Shown one piece after another: positions 22,747 to 35,015 of a stretch of DNA of 64,000 nucleotides. The notes below the pieces were generated by a model. It made no database searches, was not told where the DNA came from, and was given only the letters and a program-made list of their open reading frames with translations. Both the position numbers and the translations under genes were made by a program. The DNA lies in contig NW_026262604.1 in the NCBI RefSeq assembly GCF_021869535.1, forward strand, positions 19,468,001 through 19,532,000, read 5' to 3'. This DNA is from Mytilus californianus. Its lineage: Eukaryota. Every line of letters starts with the position of its first letter. Positions within the stretch are counted from its first letter, which is position 1.

Positions 22747-25005
22747 GTACGTTGCTAAAACACAATTGTATACAACAGCGCAATGCATGGCAAAACATAA
22801 TCATTGTGATTTGAAATGGAATTTTCTATTATTTACATTCTAATTTAGTTTGGAATCTCATAAAGCTAACTTTATCAAACACACGAAAAGATAAAACATA
22901 TCAATTGTGTTTATAAAGTTAGAGTAATAAATGATTTAAATAGAAATACCATGCATTAAGGAATTACTGTGTTGATTTATTATTGCGATTTGTGGAGAAT
23001 GGGCAAAAATGCAAGATTAAATATTGCAATTTCAGGAAAAGCTGCATACAGATATACACGTAAGCAGAGGTTACCATAATGCGAGTTCTGGTTATTGAGA
23101 TATTTACCTAGTCACATTATACGCATTAATAAAAGCCTCGCAATAGTTTCTGAATTTATGAGTCTTTAAATGCAGAAAAGGCAATGATGTGTAATGCCCG
23201 TCAATAAATGAATGTGAATCATTTGTTCAACTAGACTCTAGCAATGTGCTTCAATCGGGTAGTATTGGGACAATATCATTAATAATACCTGCATGAAAAG
23301 TAAATTAGTTTATATTGTTTTGGGGCGGTTTCTCACGCTTTAACCCATGTTTCATCCAAAATTTTCTCAAGAAAATACCTGTACTAATCCAAGACTATGA
23401 CACTTGTTGACTTTTCGTTCCGTTGGTTGATATAGTCAGGCTTTATGGAATGCACTCTTTTTGAATTTTGCATGGAGTTTGGTATTTTGGCTTGCAATTC
23501 CAAAATTCTGAAATTCGAATAAAATAGATAATACTAATGCAAGAGTATCTTTTTAATCGAAGAAAAAGTTTTTCAATTAATAATAAATGTGTCTTTTCAT
23601 CTTTCTCAGATCATTGGTCTGGATCTTGAAATTCAAAGTTTTTCTGGATGTGTGGTTATCACTGCCCTTCAACTTCGTTTTATCTTATCGATTTCCTACA
23701 ACTGTAAATCTATTGGCACGTATGAGTCCCATGTAGACGAAACGCGTGTTAAGTGTATTTAATTATAAGCCTGACTTAGCTGGTGAGTTTTACATGTTTT
23801 CAGCTTGGTATTCTTATTATATGTCCTGTAAATACTTCAGACAGGCTGTTGCATTTAATTTTGTCGAATTTTGTAGCACGTTTCAAATAATTTTGAACCC
23901 ACATTTTTAGTCGTTATGCCGGCTATTTATACTAAAATTATCGTAAGTAAGGAGAGATAACGGTTGCAATAACCCTTGATATGATGTTATTGATAGGAAT
24001 GATTTTTCGTTATTGAAAGGTATTCATCGAAAATTGATGGATGGATAATTAGATCCTCGATTAACATAAACCTATAAATATTCCTTGTATATTCGTGATG
24101 ACAAAATCTCAAAACAGTACGGATATATCCAATTTTTTACTGCTCCGAAGAGGATTGAAAAAAACCGGACACACTGTTATGGCTCAGAACCTGCCAGTCT
24201 TTTTCCTATTTGTTAAAAAAGAAATCTTTTAAATGTTTGTTTTGAGCACAGGACCACGACTTTGTACATCATCAATGAGAATAGAAATGACCTGGTTTGT
24301 AGTAAGCGTCACTTAACGACACAAAAAACAAAACAAACCTGAAATAGATATGTATGCATGAAGATTTATGTAAGAATATATTGAGGTTAAGCACATATGT
24401 TTTTCTATATGTAATCCTTCTATAAGTGACCTTCATGCGTAAAAAGCCTTGAAGGGAATACGTGATATGCAAAAATGAAATTGCATAACATCAGTCCTAC
24501 AATACAGGTAAGAGATCAGGAAACTGTAAATCAAAATCATCTTTAATTTCTTTTTTACAAAAGTTTGTATTGTATGAGTAAAAAAACAAGAGGTGAGCAG
24601 TATCGCTTATGTTATTATCATGAACATATTGAGCATATTATTCTCATACAGTAAAATTCGTTAATAAAAAAACATTGAGAATACGCAGAATAAGTTTCTT
24701 GAAAGACAAAAGCCAGCTACAACTTCTGATAAGAATTTTACATGAATATTCTATTTGGGATAGAATAATAGAAAAAAAAAAACAAAGGATATGAGGTATC
24801 CATCCATAACACAATGCCCATTTCTTCTGGTAATACTTTATGTTGATGCTCTGTTCATTCATGTTTGTTCTTAGTTGTTTATACCTATGAGATGATTGTT
24901 GCAATTAAAAAGGCGAAGTTTATTTCTTTTATATTTAATTAAATGAATATTTCACAAACTCCACACAATAAAAATATCTGTTGATTGATTTTTTTTATTT
25001 GATAG

Positions 25006-25124
25006 GAGCCAGGGAATGTGCTGACCTAGCAATAACAAACGATGGTATATACACTATATACCCAAGCGGTAATACTCAACCAGTTCTTGTTTATTGTGCA
25101 GTACGTCAACACGAAAATTGGACT
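25006..25124 (+). pseudogene. Fibrinogen-related domain, first exon
   Basis: RECADLAITNDGIYTIYPSGNTQPVLVYCAVRQHENWT matches the FReD start (RDC...DGxYxIYP...VYC...WT). Confidence 0.85.
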
Positions 25125-26914
25125 GTAAGTTTAAGAAAGTACATGTTTTGGATTTTTTTATTTATTGACACAATGAAAATATAATAGACAACTTTACAGT
25201 GTTGGATTCTAAAATTCACGGTCAAAATACAGTAAATGATATACATCACAGATGTTGGTAAAATATTTGCATACAACTTTAGCTCGTTGAACTATAACAA
25301 AAACGTCGAATAAATTGTACAATCGTCGAAAAACATTTACGGTATACACTATTCAAAGTAGTGTTCTAGGTTAAAAAAAAAATTCACAAAACTACGAATC
25401 AGGCGTAACGTCGACCAGTTTTTGGCTGTTAAACGTCGATTATTTAACATTTTTCACTATTAAATATAAAATATTAGAAACACCAGTATATCATTTTTTA
25501 GACAAATCTATGGATTTACAGTTGGGAATTTGATGATGTTGAGACTATTTTAAGTGAATTTTTCGTCAATTTTATGTGCTCTTTATACAAAAAGTTATCT
25601 ATTTGGAAAGATTTTAATCAGGAATACTTAAGAAAATATGAAAATGGATGTATCATTTTTCAATTATAAGTTTAAGTGCAATGAGCCTAAATTGCATGCA
25701 AAATTTTACCAAATTCTGTAAAAAAGCTAATTCACTGTACCTTGATCATTGAAAAAGTAAAGCCATTAGACAAAAACTATGACAGTAACGTTCTCAGTAA
25801 CACCTTAAAAAATAAGTTATTTTCGTCGTTATCTCATAATTAAAAGATATCTATTATATAGTCATTATAAACAAATATCATAAGACACCCTTTGCAAAAA
25901 GTAAAATAACTAAAATACCTAAAATTCAAAACGGAACGTCCTTATCAAATGGCAAAATAAAAAATTCAAGCACATCAAACGAATGAAAAACAACCGTCAT
26001 ATTCCAGAATTGGTACAGGCCTTTCCTTGTGTAGAACATTTGAATCAATCGTTTTAACTACTTTCCTCCCTTATTATTCTAGCTTTGTCTAGAAGTTTAG
26101 TATCGTAGTAATTCCGCGCTATTAAATACTTGATGCCCAAATTTGGTTTGTATCAATCGAAATTTTTCTTATTTCTTCTCGTTCTTTTATTTCATTTAAA
26201 CAAAATGATATAAATATCTATGTATTATAGATACAATGAATAAGCGTTGATTCTTGAAAAAACAACCATGAGCCCAGAGGGCCAATAGTTTGTTTTTCAT
26301 GAATCAACGCTTATTCGTTGTATATCTTACTTAAACTATTGTCTTTTCACAATTAAAAGCCTTTTCTTAATTAGAAGGTAGTGTAAGTGAGTTTTAATAA
26401 CTATTTTATCATGACCATTGTTCAATGATGCATTAATATTGCAACCCATTGGTAGACGAGAGGTTCATGTCAGTCAAACACAACAGATTTCAAGGATAAT
26501 TAAAATGTCTACAATGTTCAGATTTTGATTTAAGCATTATATTGTAATCTATTAACAACACATGGCTGCCATGACTACAACAACATCATAAAAAATGCGT
26601 TTTGTGTGAGCATTAAAGAAATGGGGCAAACAAATTGTATACAAAGATCCACTGTATATCTTCAAAAGTGTCACAAAATTCCTTCTTAAAGTTTATGAAA
26701 GATAAGTCAAAACAAAACTAATCCGAAACCTAAGTTTGGACAATGCAATATCGTCGTAAAAGAAAGATGAAAACGTAGTTGTTACAAAAGGTTTATAATT
26801 GCTGTTACTCAAGTACTATGCTTCGTCTGATATTCGGTATTCATTAACGAGTTTTAGTTGCGGTGAAAATATTGAATTGATTGTAGTTTCTACTTTTACA
26901 TGTAAAAGAGAGGC

Positions 26915-27115
26915 GAAGGATAGCAAAAGGACATTAAAACTCATAAGTAATAACAAATGACAACGCCATGGCTTAAAAAGAGAAAGACAAACAGAAAAAC
27001 AACAGTACACAAAACACAACATAGAAAACATAGGACTGTGCAACACGAACCCCACTTTGAACTGGGGGTGATCTCAGGTGCCCCGGAAGGGTAAGCAGAT
27101 CCTGCATATATTGTT
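26915..27115 (-). mobile_element. Family B repeat
   Basis: The reverse complement reads GCAGGATCTGCTTACCCTTCCGGGGCACCTGAGATCACCCCC... Confidence 0.8.
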
Positions 27116-27175
27116 AAACCTGTATCTGTTGCATAGAAATGTCTTTCAGATATTTTATATTTAAATATTTTCAAG

Positions 27176-27342
27176 GCAATGAGGATATTCATTTAAAATC
27201 TACAAACGGTCGTCACGAATTAAGTATATATATGGAAATAATAGATACAACACATCACACAGCCAATTATTCCACATTTAGAGTCAGTGATGAAAATCTT
27301 TGTACGTTCTGACAGCTTCAGGTTATAGCGGAGATACTAAAT
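27176..27342 (+). pseudogene. Fibrinogen-related domain, middle exon (frameshifted)
   Basis: NEDIHLKSTNGRHELSIYME...ANYSTFRVSDEN[fs]LYVLTASGYSGDT; acceptor at 27175, donor GTAAGT at 27343. Confidence 0.8.
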
Positions 27343-28336
27343 GTAAGTTTGTGGATAATAATGTTAAGCAGTCAAGTAATCTCTAACTACTCGTTTATTT
27401 GAAAATTTAAAAAAAATTAGTTTTGATTATGAATAAGTTTATGGTGAAAACAAATAAAAAATTATAACAAAAGTACAATGTTCTGTGAAACGTTGTCTCA
27501 TTGGCAATCATACCGCATCTCCTTATTTTCATACTGGTAAGTCGACAGGATATGTCTTTTCTGCTACATATATGCAGAAGTCAAAGTCAGATAAATCAAC
27601 ATATACTAGTAGACAACATGTTGAAATAAGGAACAGGACACAAATGCACAGATCAATCGACTTTTCTCGTAGTTGGATAAATAAGTCTTTGAGAACCTGT
27701 CATTTGTTGAGACTGAGAGACAGTTCCATCGTAGCAGTAAACCAATTCGTGCTGTAAACATTAAAACTTGCGTAGTATCATTTTTGTCGTTCTTCTTTAT
27801 AACCATATCGAAGTATTTTTTTTCATGTAAGAAACACACCTATGTTGACAATTCCGTATATTGTGTGCATTTATACTCGCAACGTTTCAATTGAGATAAT
27901 TCAACCAAACGGAACAAATGAAATGATATTGCTGCAAAATAGAAATTCGACAATGGAAATTCAGAAATTGTCACGTTTGTCATAGATCTAAAAAAGAATT
28001 GTATATTGAGTGGCAGGAAATCATCAATATATCTAAAAACGAAATAAAGGAACTTGACAAGATGCTTTATTGTCTAAAGTTTTAAATATTTTCAACCTGA
28101 CGTGAGTGCAAAAACAAGTCAACCAGTGGATCTTCACACATTAAGTTAGTATTGGAATACCAGCTGTTTGTTGAATATCATTCCAAAAACCCAAAGCACT
28201 GTTCTTGAAAATGATGCAGTAGTAATTTAAAGTACAGTAAAATGTGAAAGATTTGATATTATTACAAAACTGTAAATTGTGATTTGATATTGTTAAGTAA
28301 ATTTTTTGTTAATTTTAAGATTTATCATCGGATTAA

Positions 28337-28609
28337 GGTGGTACCAAACACATTGATTAAAATTAATTTGGCTCGTTTAATTTTCATAAAAATTTGACAA
28401 AATAGTTACTGTGACCCTTTGACAAAAATATAAAAATTTCAAAAAACTTGAACCACAAACTTATCGTAAAAATTTCATTGGATATATAGCAAATTGACAA
28501 ACACTTATTTTGATCATTGAGAAGCTTTGTATTTCATTAACATCAGAATGTGATTAAAACGTTCAGCTGATTTTTACAGAGTTATCTCCCTTTTGTGTTA
28601 TGTACCACT
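28337..28609. mobile_element. Kolobok-type MITE, 273 bp
   Basis: TTAA on both sides; imperfect TIR GGTGGTACCAAACAC / GTGTTATGTACCACT. Confidence 0.75.
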
Positions 28610-29830
28610 TTAAATGGAGTATACCACATCATCGTTTAATGTAATAAGTATGGCAGAAAGAATATTAGAAATATATTCCATAGAACATTTCGACAAGTGT
28701 GAACATTTAAACAACACGTGTATTTACATGGTTTTCTTCTTCAGGGTTTTTGTGAAATTTAAAATTTCCTGTGTACAAAATGGATATTTGCATCGTCCGA
28801 AGCAGAGCAAAACTTGTGATTTTATAAAATCTTTTTCTTGAAATATGAAGGCGTATGATAAGGATTCATTAACTTGCTGTAAATTCATAATCCTTTTGAT
28901 AGGCAATCCGCAATATGATTGTTGTCATATAAAAACAATGCTGTTTGGGACAATGTTTGCCCGCACAGGAAATACGTTATGTTAAAGTAGTTAACTGAGT
29001 TGAATGATGATAAGTAAGAATGTGAGAAAGACTTTATTAAAAAATAAATTATCACAATAAAACAGTAAGTCTACACGTCAACATATTGTTTTCGATTTGT
29101 CAATGTGTCAAGATTGAATAAGTTGTGACTGAGTTTAGGTAGATGGTAGGAGAAAACAATTAGCAATTCAAACTTCTGATTAGTCGAATATTTTCCTATT
29201 TTCTTCACCTTGACCAATAAAAGTTGTTGTAGCTGGATTGAGCTGGTTCTGTATGCCGTCAACCTACTCCTTTTTCATCTTTCAAAGATTTATGATAAGT
29301 GTACTGAGAAAACACAATGATATTGTGAGTTAAAATCCATAACTAAAACTTTTCGTTTTCACAAATACGGGAAAACAACTACAAGTATAAAAATAGTATG
29401 TATTACTTTTATGACCAAAAGAATGCTAATAGTTGCAGAAAAAGAAATCAAGCCATTCTCCTTTTACATGTTTTACTTTTGTGCGGTACAACAATATGGG
29501 TAAAAGTAATTTGGTTTGAAAAAATAAGAGTACATATTAATAACGATAAAGATGAAATACTTAACACGTACTGTTTTTTTCTGAAAAGAAATCACGGTAT
29601 TGTAGCATAGTACAATGTTAATAGAAAGTGTTAAGAACAAGCTTTACATATAATATCTCAATTATAATACAGTAAGCTCTTTATACATAAGTTTTTGCTG
29701 CAGGTAATATTATAGTTTCGTATCCTTTAAGATTATCTTAGCTGTATTTGGCAAAACCTTTCGGAATTTTGGGTACTCAATTCCCTTCAATTTCTTACTA
29801 TATTGTGCCTTTTAAACTTTTTTTATTCGA

Positions 29831-29874
29831 GCGTCACTGATGAGTCTTTTTTAGACGGAACGCTCGTCTGGCGT
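29831..29874 (+). ncRNA. Minimal type I hammerhead ribozyme motif (second family), core mutated
   Basis: GCGTCA-CTGATGA-GTCT-TTTTT-AGAC-GGAA-CGCTC-GTC-TGGCGT; GAAA is changed to GGAA. Confidence 0.7.
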
Positions 29875-30011
29875 ACACAATTTTAATCCTGTATCTATGA
29901 TGAGTTTATATAAGCTTATTCTGTCTCTCTTTCTGATTTTTCTATTCCATTTGATAATTCCTTTATGATTAGTTACATCAGTTTTAAAACTATTTGTAGT
30001 TGACTGCATAG

Positions 30012-30241
30012 ACACTGCTGATGATTACTACAAAGCTAACGGTAAACTTTTACAAATAAAGACAGGGACCATGACAAGTACAGTGATAACCTGGCAGTAA
30101 CATTTACTAGTGCTTGGTGGTATAGTCGGAATATGTATTCAGACTTCAATAGAGCATATTCAGGTTTACAGGCACAATGGTTTGGGCGTCTTGGAGTGCT
30201 GCTATATCGAAAAGTATAATGTTGATTAAAAGAACTAATTA
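30012..30241 (+). pseudogene. Fibrinogen-related domain, last exon (frameshifted)
   Basis: NGK[fs]FTNKDRDHDKYSDNLAVTFTSAWWYSRNMYSDFN...[fs]SAAISKSIMLIKRTN*. FT-KDRDxD and WWY are FReD hallmarks; the conserved Cys residues are lost. Confidence 0.8.
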
Positions 30242-30289
30242 AAAATTTCATTCAAGTGTCCTTAATTTCAAACCTCGTCCTTTTGATTA

Positions 30290-30470
30290 CCCTTCAAGAT
30301 CACCTGAGATCACCCCTGGTCTTTGGTAGGGTTCGTGTTGCTCTGTCTTTAGTTTTCTATGTTGTGTTTTTCGTACTGTTGTTTGCCTTTTAATGTTTTC
30401 CTTGGCGTTGTTAGTTTATTTACAACTCATGAATTTGAATGTCAATTTTGGTATCTTTTGCCTCTCTTTG
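30290..30470 (+). mobile_element. Family B repeat
   Basis: CACCTGAGATCACCCC..GGGTTCGTGTTGCT..TTAGTTTTCTATGTTGTG. Confidence 0.8.
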
Positions 30471-30845
30471 AAATAAAAAAAAAATTTCAATTGAGCGATG
30501 TTGATATTATACAGTGTATCAAATGCAGTAGTAGACATTAATGCTGTGTGAATATGTTTTAAACCTCTTTCTTTCCACCACATAGTCAATCTTATTGTAA
30601 TCCCTTTTATTTATCAATGAAAACCTGATTTCAGCTGCAAGACACGTATTGCTAACGCTGAAGCAAGACATTAAAATTCATTTGACTGAATAAAAACTGT
30701 TATAGAATACATCACGAAATTATTCTTTTAGCTAGATAAACGAGATATAGGATATTGACTAAGCAGCATTTAATTGTTTGCCTTCATTGCTGTGAATAAT
30801 TATTGCTAGTAAACAAAAATGCATTAGTATACACAAAAAAACAAA

Positions 30846-31226
30846 TTTTAGTCTGAAACGGTCATTTTGATCTGAACAGTACTTAAAAGATTGAACAATG
30901 AATGATTACGTCATTGTTAGTTTTTATCCAGTGCGGTAAATTCAGTACTGTTTAAACCTTTCGCTTGCGGTCAATTAAGAGATGTTCAGTATATGTTCAG
31001 ACTGTTCAGTAGTTTTTCTTTACCTGTATAGATCATCAATTTGCTGAGTTGTATGAAAAGCTACTGAACAGTACTGAATTGACTGCAAGCGAAACCTCTG
31101 AACAGTACCGAATTTACCGCAGTCAATTAATCTGAATAATGACAGAAAGATTGACATTGACATAATTATTTATTGTTTAGACTTTTTAGATGATGTCAAG
31201 ATCAAAATGACCGTTTCAGACTAAAA
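30846..31226. mobile_element. Nested inverted-repeat element (outer 28-bp perfect IR; inner ~190-bp MITE at 30932-31121)
   Basis: TTTTAGTCTGAAACGGTCATTTTGATCT at 30846-30873 with its exact reverse complement at 31199-31226; inner TIR TGCGGTAAATTC(A/G)GTACTGTT. The inner body resembles 16540-16650. Confidence 0.75.
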
Positions 31227-31829
31227 GTCGTTTACTAGTGATATGTATAGGGTAACACTTTTGATATCCTACTGACATCCAAAGTATAATCATTACTGTG
31301 TGTTTTTCTTTTAGCCCAACATTTCCGTAAAATAATCTTTCCCAGAAAGTAGATCAATTTGTTTCTGTTTTTGCTGGATGCTGTATTTTTGTGAGCACAA
31401 CGCATGCATTGGATGTTTATCATAGTTTTATGGAGGTCACTTGCTGAACATACGCATATTGTCCTCATTGCTAGAAAATTCGAAAATGTACGAAAGTTCC
31501 TTAACTTTCCTCATCTGACATAATACATTTTTTTTTCATATTAAAAAATTAATGACCCGCAAGCACCGATCGGGGAAAAATCAGCAGCTCAGAACATTCT
31601 TGCGTAGGACATTATTGCCCACTGTGTACCAGAAACTTGTGGGTGTTGAATAAATATAAAATTCAACTTATGAGCTGCAGTCAAAAAAAACATGCTTAAA
31701 AATGCCAAAAATTCCATTAGCAAATATTAACAGATAAACATCACACTGACAGAGTTTCAAATTAAATATTTTTCTAAACAACAGAAATACAAATATCCTT
31801 TAAAATATAAGTGTTTCTCGATTCTCGTT

Positions 31830-32525
31830 TTTTATATAGATTAGACCGTTGGTTTTCATGTTTGAATTGTTTTACACTAGTCATTTAAGGGCCCTTTATA
31901 GCTTGCTGTTCGGTGTGAGCCAAGGCTCCGTGTTAAAGGCCGTACTTTGAATTATAATTGTTAACTTTTTTTTGCTTGGATGGAGAGTTTTCTCATTGGT
32001 ACTCATACTACATCTTCTCAATTATACATACAATAACTCTATACTAACTTTAGAAAAAAAAATATAAATTTCACAGTATTCTCGTAGTCTAGCGTATGCT
32101 ATCCCATGTTTGTATCTAACCAGAGACCTTTATTGTGTTTTCGTGTTAAACTTCTGTATTACAGTAGGGGTTTACTTGAGGCATCAGCACAGGGAATGTA
32201 AGTTGTCGTTCCAATCTGATCATAGCAAAGGTTTTGTTGTAAAATGCACTCAGGATTCGGTAGATTTTTAACTGATGATGTATAATGGGTGTAAACGCAT
32301 GTTTGTTTTTATGTTTTAATCACAATGTTTATGATTAACCCTAATAAAAATCAATAAGTTTTGGTAAAAATTGTAGGCAATATACATTTTCCTTAGTATC
32401 AACAAAACACCTGTGCTTTGCTCATTGTCGAAAGCCGTACGGTGACCTATTGTTGTTAATTTTTTTGTCATTTGGTCTCTTGTGGAGAGTTGTCTCATTG
32501 GTAATCATACCACTTATTCTTTTGT
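31830..32525 (-). mobile_element. Two family A copies (31830-32020 and 32410-32525)
   Basis: Reverse-complement match to 4705-4880. Confidence 0.75.
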
Positions 32526-33099
32526 ATATTTATAAAACATATCTTCCATGTCATTTACCGGACAATTTTCTTTCACATTATCTATATTCAAATACCTTTC
32601 CATAGTTGGTTTTAAAACATTGCTGTTTATTCTTAAATTTCCTTTCATATACAGAATCAAATATAATTTCTTAATTTACAGAAACAACACTTTTACTTTG
32701 ACAGGTCAAGAATAACAGCTCGGCATTTACTTTATACTTAACTGTATTTTACTGTTGTACAACTCCATACTGTACATGCAATTTAATTATTACTTTACAC
32801 AGACATGCAGAACATTTTTTTTTGCCACAGCAATCTGTTGTTTGTTTTTGTTTTTTTGGCCATTATTTAACTTTAAAGAATCACAGCAAGTAATGTCGAC
32901 GCAAGATCTTGAATATATGCAAAATTTCTATTTAGTTTATCCTAATTTTATCTTGAATGTATGATACAATTGTATTGAGTTTTCATTGTATCATAACTAA
33001 AATTTCGACTCATTTTCAATCTCTATTGCTCAGCGTTCGTTTTCAAGATGAGGCCATTCTTGAATAGGTACATTGAAGCAGTGCATATTTTTTATATGT

Positions 33100-34052
33100 T
33101 AGGTTGTTGTTAGAAGTGATGGTTCTCCTGCCAAAACATTCATTTTTGTTTCCCAGATTATGATAGAAAGATATCTGTTGATTTTGCGATTACTATGTCA
33201 AAGGTGAAGGTCGTAGTAAATAAAAGTAGACTGACATCTGTGAAGGAAAGGAGTTTCCATGTTTTATCAAACGCTACATATGGGACTACAACCTTACTTC
33301 GATTTATAGTTATAGCATACAATAACTAGACGATTCCTTTTAAGTTTGAAGTCTAACGTCAAAGATCAAAGTCGTACTTCTACAAAAACACAGTTTTTTT
33401 TCTCCAGAAATTCAGTTTTATATGCTTAATAATATACAGCATATTGCAATCTTAGATATACGATCTTATATATAGCGAAAGAGATCCTCACTAATATTGA
33501 CGTCAATACCTCAAAGGTCAATGCCAAAGTTATTAAAAATAGATTGCTACGGTATTTACGTGCAACCACAAGCAAACGTAAATAAATAGAACATGACCTT
33601 TACTTCATTTTCTATTTGGTGGACCATGAACCTCAATTCAAAAGACCCTATGTCTCTATAACATATGGTTTACGATTCAAAATTATTTTTCACTTGCGTC
33701 AAAATAAAAAATGAATTTACCCTTATGGAGTCTCCGCATCGCATCGTTCAAAATTATTTGCGCCATCCTGAGGATGTAACGAGGAGTGTGGGAAGTTTTT
33801 GTTTAATATAGTTTCTGGAAGCGAAGATGCAGTATCCAAACAGTGTTTCGGGAGATAGCTCTTACAAGGAAAAGTGTTCGATGAAGCGGTATCATTTTCA
33901 AAAGCGTATACACTATTATCATTAACCACGTACCAAACATCTAAGCAAAACGACAAAACAGCGCAAGAAAAATAATTTGCCAGAAGAAAAACTAAAATTA
34001 TCAGAACAAAATCAAAAGATCTTTCCGTGAAAAAGTGGAAAGACCTAATTAT
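33100..34052 (-). mobile_element. HINE-like element, same family as 21934-22405
   Basis: The reverse complement begins ATTAGGTCTTTCCAC..GGAAAGATCT and aligns with 21934-22180. The left boundary is approximate. Confidence 0.6.
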
Positions 34053-34969
34053 CCTTACGACAGTCAATGTTATACAACCTACGTATTTCCATTTTTGATT
34101 TTATCTATTTATGTTCAATAGGTATCATTAAGTACATATTCCTATGATAAGTAGACAATCAGTTCACGTCTTGTATTCTTAAGTGTCATCACAGTATGAT
34201 AGCTTGTAAGTTTTATAAGTTTCCATATATATGCATTTATCTAGGGCATACTTTCCAATGATATCTTTCAAAGTGATGTATCCTTTTGTAATTTTAATTA
34301 CATGCTAACACGAAACAGAAAACATATGTTTAACTTAGAAGAAATTACACAATAAGATAACATTATACAGTATGTAGACATAAAGGATTGTCTTTAATAT
34401 AAGATAACGTTAACACTTAAGATCAAGCTATTGGCAGAAATAACATGTTTCTTCTTTCCAAACTTGTTACATTGAATTCGAAGATTATTTGTCTGATCAA
34501 ACTATAAGCTTTGTTCTCTCCTGGTCATGATTAAAGCATTTTACACGTAAATTACTCAAATCTATTAAAATCATGCATACATTTTTCAAATTATATATCA
34601 CTGGTTACATGTATGTGTACCCTATATCACAATGATCTAACACAATTCTCATAAACAAAAAACACATACAAAATATCTTAACATAAATTACACTTTTCAG
34701 AAATCATAGGTGAAAAAGAGGTGCGAGAAACCACTTGGAAATTCAGAATGCATAAGTCGAAGAAAAACGGACAACACCGTGCCAAAATACGAAAAACGAC
34801 GAAACACAAAACTCTAAATAGTAATCTAAAGACTTAGCAACAAAACCTCCACCGATACAATAACATACACTCATCAACTGCATTGGTAACACTTTTTTCA
34901 AATCAACGCAAGAATGCATTATCTAACCTTTGTAATATGAATGTGTTTGTTTTCACAGCATTTGGGTTA

Positions 34970-35015
34970 ATGCTTAATGGTTTAGTGTTGCTGTCGGTGC
35001 TACTGAATAGTATAA
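34970..35015 (+). CDS. Copy B putative signal-peptide exon (MLNGLVLLSVLLNSI)
   Basis: Hydrophobic leader and phase-1 donor A|GTAAAT, in frame with the exon at 36696. No homologue was found in copy A. Confidence 0.5.

Larger units (their letters stand above)
20041..30241 (+). pseudogene. Copy A: three-finger(LU)-LU-EB-fibrinogen-domain gene, pseudogenised
   Basis: Exons: ~20041-20108 (decayed), 20129-20200 (ICFVQKYLILGNKSK*NVGCTLQE; stop, donor lost), 20790-20919, 21086-21168 (TAA at 21130), 21473-21544, 22617-22746, 23176-23299 (frameshifted EB), 25006-25124 (FReD start), 27176-27342 (frameshift), 30012-30241 (two frameshifts). Confidence 0.8.

Noticed and set aside
32150-32250. Short Cys-containing minus-strand frame (ECILQQNLCYDQ...)
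   Set aside because: No supporting partner exons or recognisable homology.
33723-34067. 114-aa minus-strand ORF with a signal-peptide-like stretch
   Set aside because: It lies inside a HINE-like repeat that aligns with 21934-22180; the hydrophobicity comes from T-rich repeat sequence.
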